A stretch of DNA of 64,000 nt from the NCBI RefSeq assembly GCF_009914755.1, contig NC_060934.1. One strand, 5' to 3'. This stretch comes from the human T2T-CHM13v2.0 reference genome, Homo sapiens. Below, in pieces: positions 1 to 13,989 of the stretch. The notes beneath the pieces were generated by a model. The model saw only the letters and a program-made list of their open reading frames with translations, made no database searches and was not told where the DNA came from. The translations under genes and the position numbers were made by a program. The stretch's first letter is position 1; every line of letters begins with the position of its first letter.

Positions 1-1241
1 AGCAAAGCATTCAAGATGTAGCCTGGCTGTTTCTAGTAGCCTATGCACACTCATGAGCAAAAAAATGATGTAAAACTGGAACTTATATTTAAAAGGGAGG
101 TGTAAAAGTTTGGAAATTTTGCAGCCTGGCCATGTGGTACAAAAGAAAAACCATTTTCAGGGGAAGAATTCAAACCAGCTACAGAAATTTGCCTAAGTAA
201 AAAGGACTAAATGTTAATAGCAAAGACAATGGGGAAAATGCCTCAAAGGCATTTCAGAGACCTTTGTGGCAGCCCCTCCCCTCACAGGCCCCAAGGCCTA
301 GGAGGGAAGAATGGTTTTGTGGGCCAGACCCAGGACCCCAATGCCCTGTGCAACCTCAGGACGCTGCTCCCTGCATCCCAGCCCTCCAGCTCAAGCCATG
401 GCTAAAAGAGCCCCAGATAGGTCTCAGACTCCTATTCCAGAGGGTGCAAACCATAAGCCTTGGCAGTTTTCATGTGGTGTTAAGCCTCCAGATGCTCAGA
501 GGGCAAGAGCTGAGGCTTGGAAACCTTGAGCTAGATTTCAGAGGATGTATGGAAATGCCTGGATGTCCAGGCAGAAGTCTGCTGCAGGGGTGAAGCCCTC
601 ATGGAGAACCTCTACCAGGATAGTGTGGAGGGGAAATGTGGGGTTGGATCCCACACACAGAGTCCCCACTAGGGCACTTCCTAGTGGAACTGTGAAAAGA
701 GGGCCACTGTTCTTCAGACCCCAGAATGGTAGATGCGCCAACAGCTTGTAAAGTGTGCCTGGGAAAGCTGCAGGCACTCAACACCAGCCCTTGAGACCAG
801 CCATGGGAGCTGAGCCCTGCAGAGCTAAAGCAGTGGAGCTCCTCAAGGCCTTGGGAGCCCAACCCTTGCATCAGTGTGCCCTGAATATGAGACATGGAGT
901 CAAAGGAGATTATTTTGGAGCTTTAAGATTTAATGACTGCCCTTCTGTGTTTTGGATTTGCATAGGGCCTGCAGCCCCTCTCTTTGGCTGATTTCTCCCT
1001 TTTGGAATGGGTGTATTTACCCAGTGTCTGCACCTCCATTGTATACTGGAAGTAACTAACTTGTTTTTGATTTTACAGGCTCATAGGCAGAAGAGACTTG
1101 CCTTGTCTCAGATGAGACTTTGGACTGTGGACTTTTGAATTAATGCTGAAATGAGTTAAGACTTGGGAGACTGTTAAGAAGGGATGACTATATTTTGCAA
1201 TGTGAGAAGGACATGAAATTTGGGAGGGATTGTGGGCAGAA
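1..1241 (+). mobile_element. MaLR internal sequence (MST/THE1-int type), truncated by the window start
   Basis: Typical MaLR-int sequence. It ends in a purine-rich tract (gggagggattgtgggcagaa) just before the LTR start tgatatgatttgg. The ORFs at 211-991 are decayed MaLR-int frames. Confidence 0.85.
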
Positions 1242-1928
<687 letters not shown>

Positions 1929-3052
1929 TAGACCTACAAAAAGATTTAGCAGCACAATAATAGTGAGGGACTTCAACACCACCCTGTCACTATTAGATCA
2001 TTGAGGCACAAATATAACAAAGAATCTGGACTTAAACATGACACTTGACCAATTATACCTAGTAGACATCTACAAAATACTCTGCTCATCAACCACAGAA
2101 TATACATTCTTCTCATCTGCACACATAACATACTGCAAGGTCGACCACGTGCTAGGCCATAAAGCAAGTCTCAATAAATTCAAAAAACTCAAAATCCTAC
2201 CAACCATACTCCTGGACCACAGTGGAATAAAAATAGAAATCAATACCAAGAAGATCTCTCAAAACCACACAATTACACAAAAATTAAACAATTTTCTCCT
2301 AAATGACTTTTGGGTGAACAACAAAATTAAGACAGAATTTAAAAAATTCTTTGAAGTAAAAAATGAAAACAAAGACACAACATAGCAAAATCCCTGAGTT
2401 GTATCAAAAGCAATATTAAGAGAAAAGTTTATAGCACTAAATAGCTACCACAAAAAAATTAGAAAGATCTTAAATTAACAATTTGACATTCCACCTAAAG
2501 GAACTAGAAAAACAAGAACTCCAAAGCTAGCAGAAGAAAAGAAATAACTAAAATCAGAGCAGAATTGAGCTAAATTGAGACACAAAAATCCAGACAAAGA
2601 ATCAACAGAAACAAAAGTTTGTTCTTTGAAAGGATCAAGATCAATAGACTGCTAGCTAGATTAACAAAGAAAAAATAGAGAATATCCAAATAAGCAAAAT
2701 CAGAAATGACAGAAGTGACAACCAATCTCACAGAAATACAAAAGATCCTCAGAGACTATTATGAATGCTTCTATGCCACAAACTACAAAACCTAGAGGAA
2801 ATGAATAAATTCCTGGAATCATACAATCTCTCAAAATTGAATCAGCAAGAAATTGAAACCCTGAACAGACCAATATCAAGTTCAGAAATGTAATTAGTAA
2901 TAAAGCACCTACCAAAAAACAAAGAAGTCCCAGACCAGAAAGATTAACAGCCGAATTCTACCAGACATACAAAGAACAGCTGGTACCAATTCTAGTGAAA
3001 CTATTCCAAAAAATCGAGGAGGAGGGACTCCTCCCTAATTCTATGGAGCCAG

Positions 3053-3244
3053 CATCACCTGATACCAAAACTTGGCAAAGACACAACCGAAAAAGACTAC
3101 AGGACAATATCCCTAATGAACATAGATGCAAAAATCCTCAACAAAATACATCACCTGATACCAAAACTTGGCAAAGACACAACCGAAAAAGACTACAGGA
3201 CAATATCCCTAATGAACATAGATGCAAAAATCCTCAACAAAATA
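3053..3244 (+). repeat. Perfect 96-bp tandem duplication inside L1 ORF2
   Basis: 3053-3148 is identical to 3149-3244. The peptide [32 protein letters not shown] appears twice in ORF 2995-3282. Confidence 0.97.
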
Positions 3245-3392
3245 CTAGCAAACCGAATCCAGCAGCTAATTCAATAAGCTAATTCACCATGATCACATAG
3301 GCTTATAGGCTTGATTTCTAGGATGAAAGTTTGGTTCAACATAAGCAAATCAATATATGTGATTCACCACACAAGCAGAATTAAAAACAATT

Positions 3393-3710
3393 GGCTAGGC
3401 ATGGTGGTTCACATCTGTAATTCCAGCACTTTAAGCAGCCAAGGCAGGAGGATCACATGAGACGAAGAGTTTGAGACCAGCCTGGGAAACATAGTGAGAT
3501 ACTCTCTCTACCAAAAAAAAAAAAAAAAAAAAAAAAAATTAGCTAGGTATGGTGGCACGTGCCTGTAGTCGCAGCTACTCAGTGGGCTGAGGTAGGAGAA
3601 CTGCTTAAGCCCAGTAGGCCAAGGCTGCAGTTGGCCATGATCATACCACTCCAGCCTGGGAAACAGAGTGAGACTTTGTCTTGAAACACATACATACATA
3701 CATACAAACA
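3393..3710 (+). mobile_element. AluJ-like element with an expanded A linker
   Basis: Diverged Alu dimer with a long internal A run at about 3513-3538 and a (CATA)n tail. Confidence 0.9.
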
Positions 3711-4243
3711 AAAAACATATGATCATCTCAATAGATGCAGAAAAAGCTTTTGATAAAATCTTACATCCCCTCATGATAGAAACCCCCAAGAAACTAGACA
3801 TCAAAGGAACATACCTCAAAATAATGAGAGCTATCTGTGATAAACCCACAGCCAACATCATACTGAATGGGCAAAACTGGAAACATTCCCCTTGAGAACT
3901 GGAACAAGATAAGGATGCCTATTCTCAGCACTCATTCTTCATAGTACTAGAAAGAAGTGTTACCCAGAGCAATCATCCAAGAGAAAGAAATAAAAGTCAT
4001 CCAAATAGGGGAAAAAAAAGAAGTCAAACTATCTCTCTTTATGGATGATATGATTCTATTCATAGAAAACCCTAAAGACTCCACCAAAAGGCTCCTAGAA
4101 TGGATAAATGACTTTGGCAATGTTTCAGGATACAAAATCAATGTACAAAAATCAGTAGTATTTTTATACACCAATAATGTTCAATCTAAGAGCCAAATCA
4201 AGAACACAATCCCTTTACAATAGCCACAAAAAAATGAAATACC

Positions 4244-4551
<308 letters not shown>

Positions 4552-6354
4552 CTAGAAACATATCTGACCAAGGAGGTGAAAGATCTCTACAAGGAGAACT
4601 ACAAAACACTGCTAAAAGCAATCACAGATGACACAAACAAATAGAAAAACATTCCATGTTCATGGATTGGAAGAATCAATATTATAAAAATGGCCATATT
4701 GCCCAAAGCAATCTATAAATTCAATGCTATTCCTATCAAACTACCAATGTCATTTTTCACAGAACTAGAAAAAAACTATACTAAAATTCATATGGAACCT
4801 AAAAACACCTGAAAAGCCAAGGCAATCCTAAGGAAAAAGAACAAAGCCAGTGGTATCACATTAACTAACTTCAAACCATACTAATAAGGCTATGGCAACC
4901 AAAACTGTACCACTCATAGTACTGGTATAAAAACACAGACCAATGGAACAGAATAGAGAACCCAGAAACAAAGCTGCACACCTACAGCCATCTGATCTTT
5001 GACAAAGTTAACAACAACAAAAAAAGCAATGGGGAAAGGATTCCTTATTCAATAAATGGTGCTGGCATAGCTGGCTAGTCATAAGCAGAAGAATGAAACT
5101 GGACCCCTACCTTTCACCATATGAAAAAATTAATTCAATTTATAAGAATCCTAGAAGAAAACCTAGGAAACACCATTCTGGACATCAACCTTTGGAAATA
5201 ATTTATACTTAAGCCCTGAAAAGCAACTACAACAAAAACAAAAATTGACAAGTGGGATCTAAGTAAATTAAATGGCTTCTGCACAGCAAAAGAAACTATC
5301 AACAGAGTAAACAGATGACCTAGAGAATGGGAGAAAATATTCACAAACTACTCACCCAACAAAGGCTTAATATCCAGAATCTATAAGGAACTTAAACAAC
5401 TGAACAAGCAAAAACTAAATAACCTCATTAAAAAAATGGGAAAAAGACATGAACAGACACTTCTCAAAAGAAGATATACAGGCAGCCAACAAGCATTTAA
5501 GAGTGTTCCACATAACTAATCATCAGAGAAATGCAAATAAAACCACAATGAGTTGCCATCTCACAGCAGTCAGAATAGCTATTATTTAAAAAAGGAATGC
5601 CTGTACACTGTTGGTGAGAATGTAAATTAGCTCAGCCACTATGGAAAGCTATTTGGAGATTTCTCAAATAACTTAGAACTACCATTCAATCCAGCAATCT
5701 CGTTACTGGGTATACATCCAGAGAAAACAAATCATTCTACCAAAAAGACATATGCACTCGCATGTTCATGGCAGCACAATTCACAACAGCAAACACATGG
5801 AATCAACCTAGGTGCTCATTAACAGTAGACTGGATAAAGAAAATGTGGTACAGATACACCTCGGAATACAATGCAGCCATAAAAAAAACAAAATCACATC
5901 CATTGAAACAACATAGATGCAGCTGTGAATTAACACAGGAACAGATAACCAAATAATGCATGTTCTCACTTCTAAGTGGGAGATAAACATTGGGTACTCA
6001 TGGACAGAAAGATGACAACAATAGACACTGGGGACTACTAGAGGAGTGAGGGAGAGAAGGAAGGTTGAAAAACTAACTATTGGTTACTATTCTCAGTACC
6101 TGAGTGATGGGATCATTTGTACCCCAAACCTCAGCATCGTGCAATATAACCAAGTAATAAATTTATACATGTACCTCCCAAATCTAAAAGTTGAAAAAAA
6201 ATTTTAAAAAGAATAAATGTTATTCACCATTATTAATGTGATTAGGTGTAATTTAATCTTGACTGAAAATAGCTAATTGTTTAACTAAAAGTTTAGTTTT
6301 TCCTATAGCATATCTAATATAAGTTGAAAGTGTCTTTCTTAAAATGTATGAGAT

Positions 6355-6745
6355 CCTTACAATGGAATACTATCTGACAATTATAAGAAATGGAGTACTA
6401 ATATAAACTACAGTGCGGATGAGCTTTGAAAACATTATGCTAAGTGAAAGATGTCAGTCACAAAAGACCACATAATACAAAATTTGTTTATATGAAATAT
6501 CCAGAGCAGGCAAACATATAGAAACAAAAAATAAATAAGTGGTTGTCAGGAATTGGGAAGAAGTTAATGAGGAATGACTGATAACAGGTAAAGAGTTTCT
6601 TCTGAAGGTGATGAAAATGTTTAAAAATCCAATTATGGAGATGACCATAAAAATCCATGAATATACTACAAAACACTGAATTTTATATATTAAATCAGTA
6701 AATTTTGTGCTATATATATTTTATCTCAATAAGGCTCTTAAAAAT
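6355..6745 (+). mobile_element. Ancient L1M (L1MB/MC/ME-type) 3' end
   Basis: aatggaatactat...ttgaaaacattatgctaagtgaaag...ttatctcaataa. Confidence 0.75.
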
Positions 6746-7184
6746 ATATAAGGAAAATTTTCTTTCAGCCTAGTTGAACACATTGAAAACTAATGATCCC
6801 AAAGGACAGACATTAGAAAAGTTACAGCAATATTTAGACGTCTATCAAATCACTAAAAGGGTTTAATGTGTTTCTTATATTTGTTTATTTTAAATTTGTG
6901 TATGAAAACGTGATTACTGGTGAATTCTAACAAACATTTAAGGGAGAAATAGTATTAGTTTTATACAAACTCTTCGAGGAAGTAGGAGAGGAGATACCTG
7001 TCCCCAATTTATTCTATGATGCCAGCATGGCTTTGATACCAAAACCAGAAAAAGATATTAGAAAAAAATAAAACTACTGACAAATAAGGATACTACATCA
7101 CAACAAAGTTGGGCTTATCCAGGAAAATAAGGTTGTTTTAACATTCAAAAGCATAAATATAACTCAACATACTAACAAATTAGT

Positions 7185-7203
7185 ACACACACATGCACGC
7201 ATG

Positions 7204-7244
<41 letters not shown>
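7185..7244. repeat. (CA)n microsatellite
   Basis: Directly visible in the sequence. Confidence 0.95.
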
Positions 7245-7246
<2 letters not shown>

Positions 7247-7476
7247 CTACAATAGATGCAGTAAAGTCATTTGATAAAATCCAAAATCCATTCCTCATAA
7301 AAACTCTCAACAAAATGAGAATTAAAGGAAACTTTGTTCATTTAATAAAGAGCAACTATGAAAAATATATAGGTAGCATCATATTTAATGGCAAAAGACT
7401 GAATGATTTCACCCTGCTATGGTTTGAACATGCCTCCACCTTCACAAAAGCATATGTTGGAAACTTAATCCCCAGT

Positions 7477-7857
7477 TGCATTAGTCCATTTTCACACCAG
7501 TATAAAGAACTGCCTGAGACTGGGTAAGTTATAAAGAAAACAGGTTTCACTGACTCACAGTTCCACAGGCTGTGAAGGAGTCATGGCTGGGGAGGCCTCA
7601 GGAAACTTACAATCATGGCAGAAGGCGAAGCAGAGGCCAGCACATCTTCTCATGACTGGCAGGAAAGAGAGACAGTGAAGGGGGAAGTGCTACACACTTT
7701 TAAACAACCAGATCTCATGATAACTCAGCATCGTGAGAACAGCAAGGGGGAGATCTGCCCCCATGATCCAATCACCTCCCAACAGGCCCTTCCTCCACCA
7801 CTGAAGATCATAACTCAACATGAGATTTGTGTGGGGACACAGAGCCAAACCATATTA
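7477..7857 (-). mobile_element. MSTA-like solo LTR, antisense
   Basis: tgcattagtccattttcacacc...gtggggacacagagccaaaccatatta. Approximate TSD ccagt / ccaat. Confidence 0.85.
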
Positions 7858-8018
7858 CCAATACAATAGTGTTGGGATGTGCAGCCTAATGGGAGGTATT
7901 TAGGTCATGCAGGCTCCACCCTCATGAATGGATTAATGCCATTTATAAAAAGGCTTGAGCCTGCAAGTTTGATCTCTTGCTCTTTCTTGCCCTCTCTTTG
8001 CCCTTCTGCCATGAGATG

Positions 8019-8271
8019 TGTAGGGGTGGGTTGCCCCTACACACCTGTGGGTGTTTCTCGTAAGGTGGGACGAGAGATTTGGAAAAGAAAAAGACACAGA
8101 GACAAAGTATAGAGAAAGAAATAAGGGGACCCGGGGAACCAGCGTTCAGCATATGGAGGATCCCCTTATTTCTTTCTCTATACTTTGTCTCTGTGTCTTT
8201 TTCTTTTCCAAATCTCTCGTCCCACCTTACGAGAAACACCCACAGGTGTGTAGGGGCAACCCACCCCTACA
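8019..8271. mobile_element. Palindromic HERV-K(HML-2) LTR5_Hs U5-U5 mini-element
   Basis: Right arm 8161-8271 matches the LTR5_Hs 3' end (...gagaaacacccacaggtgtgtaggggcaacccacccctaca). Left arm 8019-8129 is its exact reverse complement. The 31-bp spacer is the adjacent LTR sequence in antisense. Flanked by AGATG at 8014-8018 and 8272-8276. Confidence 0.93.
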
Positions 8272-8650
8272 AGATGACTCACCAAACAGGTCCTTATGAT
8301 ATGCCAGCCCTTCAATCTTAGACTTCCCAGCGTCTCGAACCTTGAGCCAACACACTTCTGTTCATTATAAATTACCCAGTCTGATATTCCGTTAGCACAA
8401 AATGGACTATGACACTAAGACCTGCAATAACACAAGAATGTCCACTGTTACCACTTTTATTCAATATTCTACTAGAAGTTCTGGACAGTGCAATCAGCAA
8501 GAAAAATAAATAAAAAGCATTTATATTTGACAGGAAAAGGTAAAACTATCTTTATTCTCAAACAACATGAATGTCTTTATAGAAAATCTGATGGACACTA
8601 CTAAGAAGCTACTAGAACTAATACATGAATTTATCAAGATTGTAGGTTAT

Positions 8651-10039
<1,389 letters not shown>

Positions 10040-10934
10040 TTATAAGATCAATATACAAAAGTTAATTGTATTTTTATGTATTAGCGACAAATAATAAAGA
10101 ATTGAAATTTCATAAACAATGTCATTTATAATAGAACTCAGGAATTTTAAAACACCTGGGAAATACTTAGAGATAAATACTTAGAATTAAAGCCAACAAA
10201 AGATGTGCAAGACCTGAAAACTATAAAACATTGAGAGATAAATGAAAGAAAATCTAACTAAATGGAGTAATATATATATATATATATACTTTGACCCTAT
10301 GTTGAAATACTCAATCTTGTTAAGAGGTCAATTCTCCCAAAATAGTTCTGTAGATTCAACACAATCTCAATTAAAATCCCAGTTTGTTCTTAAGGGAAAA
10401 TGACAAGTTGGTTCTAAAATGCAGATGAAAATACAAAGGACCTAGAACAGGCAAAACCAGTCTGAAAAAGGACAAATTTGGGGCCAACGTTGCCTGATTT
10501 CAAATCTTATTATAAAGCTACAGTAATCAAGGCAATGTATTATTGGCATCAAGACAAATAGATCAGTAGAGCAGAATAGAGTCCAAGAATGGACCCACAT
10601 ACATGGACAATTGATTTTTGACAAAGATGCAAAGGTAGTTCAATAAAGAAAGGGTTGCCTTTTTAACAAATGCTGCTGAAACAAGTGGCTATCCATATGT
10701 AAAACAAACAAAACTTAGCACCATACATACAAATAATTAACTCAGAATGGGTCACAGACCTAACTATAAACCTAAAACTATAGAGCTTTTTGAAGAAAAC
10801 ATAGAAGTTCTTTATGACTTTTGGTTAAGGAATATTCTCTTAGATGCAACACAATAAGCAAAACACATGAAAGAAAAAATGTAATAAAAGACTTTGTGAA
10901 AAATAAAACATTTGCTCTTCAAAAGACACTGTTA

Positions 10935-11448
<514 letters not shown>

Positions 11449-11562
11449 TTAAAGCCACAATGAAATGTGGGAAGAAAGGAATATGCAATACCAAGATGTC
11501 ATGAATAAAACAATATTCCAACATCAAAGACAACAGAAATGGACTAGGTAAACACTCTAAGG

Positions 11563-11911
11563 CAGGGGTCCCCAACTCCCAGGCCACAGACTGGTATCAG
11601 TATGGGTCTGTGGCCTGTTAGGAAGGGGGACCACACAGCAGGAGGTGAGCAACAGGTGAGCAAGCATTACCACCTGAGCTCTGCCTCTGTCAGATCAGAG
11701 GTGGCATTAGATTCTCATAGGACCCTAAACCCTATTGTGAACTGTGAATGTGCAGGATCTAGGCTGTGTACTCCTTATGAGAATCTAATGCCTCATGATC
11801 TGAGGTGGTACAGTTTCAACCCGAAATCATCCCCACCCTCAACCCTTCCCCCGTAGAAAAACTGTCTTCCACTAACCTGGTTCCTGGTGCCAAAAAGGTA
11901 GGGGACTGCTG
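11563..11911 (+). mobile_element. MER1B-like hAT-Charlie DNA transposon
   Basis: Termini caggggtccccaac ... ggtaggggactgctg. Approximate 8-bp TSD ctctaagg / ctctagga. Confidence 0.85.
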
Positions 11912-12211
11912 CTCTAGGAATTGCTTATTCACCATCAGTAGCAGAAACCCAGAATTTCAAGATTTTTGTTACTGATGGTAAGTAAACAATTCTAAAATAT
12001 GGAATAGATCAATCAGAAATATTGTTAAAGTTAAAGCCCACAGATGTGCCTATGCATCTTTGTGAGAATAATGATAGATGAAACAGCAATCTCAAATATA
12101 GCAACAGCCATGAGCTCCTACAAAAAAAAAAAACCCTGTTGCTGAAATATACAGCCTTGTTGCCCACACAAAGCCTGTTGGTGGTCTCTTCACACAGATG
12201 CGCGTGACATT

Positions 12212-12229
12212 TGGTGCCAAAACCCGGGA
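12212..12229 (+). promoter_or_regulatory. Primer-binding site complementary to tRNA-Phe(GAA)
   Basis: tggtgccaaaacccggga vs TGGTGCCGAAACCCGGGA: 17/18 match. Confidence 0.85.
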
Positions 12230-12711
12230 TAGGAGGACTCTTTCGGGAGACTGGTCCCCTGTCCTCGCCCTCGATTCATGAGGAGATCCACCTACAACAT
12301 CAGGTCCTCAGACCACCAGCCCAAGGAACATCTCACCAATTTCAAATCAGGTAAGCAGTCTTTTCACTCTTCTCCAGCCTTTCTCACTACCCTTCAATCT
12401 TCCTCTCTCACTACCCTTCAATCTCCCTGCCCTTCCAATTCCAGTTGTTTTTCCTCTCTAGTAGAGACAAGAGGACACATTTTATCCGTGGACCCAAAAC
12501 TCTGGCGCAGTCCCGGACTCGGGAAGACAGTCTTCCCTTGGTGTTTAATCACTGTGGGGATGCCTGCCTTGGTCATTCACCCACATTCCCTTGGTGGCAA
12601 GTCAACTGTGGGGACGCCTGGTTTGGCTGCTCACCCACATTGCAGCCCAGGGCTGCTCACCATCCCCTTCTCCGTGTCTCTGCCTTTCTCTTTAAACTTA
12701 CCTCCTTCACT

Positions 12712-13950
12712 ATGGGCAACCTTGCGACCTCCATTCCTCCTTCTTCTCCCTTAGCCTATGTTCTCAAGAACTTAAAACCTCTTCAACTCACACCTGACCT
12801 AAAACTGAAACGTCTTATTTTCTTCTGCAATACCACTTGGCTCCAGTACAAACTCGACAGTGGTTCCAAATAGCCAGAAAATGGCACTTTTAATTTCTCC
12901 ATTTTACAAGAGCTGGATGATTTTTGTCAAAAAATGGTCAAATGGGTCTGAGGTGCGCCTGCTGTCCAGGCATTCTTTTACACATTGGTCCCTCCCTAGT
13001 CTCTGCTCCCAATGCGATTCATCCCACATCTTTCTTCTTTCTCTCTTGTCTGTTCCTTCAGTCTCCACCCAAAGCTCTGAGTTCTGTGAATCCTCCTTTT
13101 CTACAGACCCATCTGACCTCTCCCCTCCTCCCCAGGCTGCTCCTTGCCAGGCCGAGCCAGGTCCCAATTGTTCCTCAGCCTCTGCTCCGCCACCCTATAA
13201 TCCTTCTATCACCTCCCCTCCTCACACCCGGTCCGGCTTACAGTTTCGTTCCTCGAATAGCCCTCCCCAACCTACCCAACAATTGCCTCTTAAAGAGGTG
13301 GCTGGAACTAAAGGCATAGTCAAGGTTAATGCTCCTTTTTTCTTTATCTAACCTCTCCCAAATCAGTTAGCGTTTAGGCTCTTTTTCACCAAATATAAAA
13401 ACCCAGCCCAGTTCATGGCCCATTTGGCAACAACCCTTAGACACTTTACTGTCCTAGACCCAGAAGGGCCAGAAGGCCGTCTTATTCTCAATATGCATTT
13501 TATTACCCAATCCGCTCCTGACATTAGAGAAAGCTCCAAAAATTAGATTCCGGCCCTCAAACCCCACAACAGGACTTAATTAACCTCACCTTCAAGATGT
13601 ACAATAATAGAGAAGAGTTGCAATTACTTGCCTCCACTGTGAGAAAAACCCCAGCCACATCTCCAGCACAAAAGAACTTCAAAACGCCTGAACCACAGCA
13701 GTCAGGCATTCCTTCAGGACCTCCTCCCCCAGGATCTTGCTTCAAGTGCCAAAAATCTGGCCACTGTGCCAAAAATGCACAAAGCCCGGGATTTCTCCTC
13801 AGCTGTGTCCCATCTTTGCAGGACCCCACTGGAAATCGGACTGTCCAACTCGCCTGGCAGCCACTCCCAGAGCCCCTGGAACTCTGGCCCGAGGCTCTCT
13901 GACTGACTCCTTCCCAGATCTTCTCGGCTTAGTGGCTGAAGACTCACACT
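12712..13950 (+). pseudogene. gag: HERV-H gag pseudogene
   Basis: MGNLATSIPPSSPLAYVLKNL..., PPPY late motif and CCHC remnant, broken by stops and frameshifts. Confidence 0.85.
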
Positions 13951-13989
13951 GCCCGATCGCCTCGGAAGCCTACAGGACCATCACAGATG

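Larger units (their letters stand above)
7415..8414 (+). mobile_element. MSTB/C/D-type MaLR solo LTR, hosting two later insertions
   Basis: Starts tgctatggtttgaacatg and ends ataaattacccagtctg...aatggactatgaca. It reads continuously once 7477-7857 and 8019-8271 are removed. Confidence 0.8.

Noticed and set aside
8019-8271. SVA fragment, ordinary solo LTR or two independent LTR insertions
   Set aside because: SVA SINE-R does not include the U5 terminus, and there is no VNTR or poly(A). No U3 is present. A single TSD brackets both arms.
7943-8321. Mirror-image ORFs (MFLVRWDERFGKEK...) on both strands as genes
   Set aside because: They are a by-product of the palindrome in non-coding LTR sequence.
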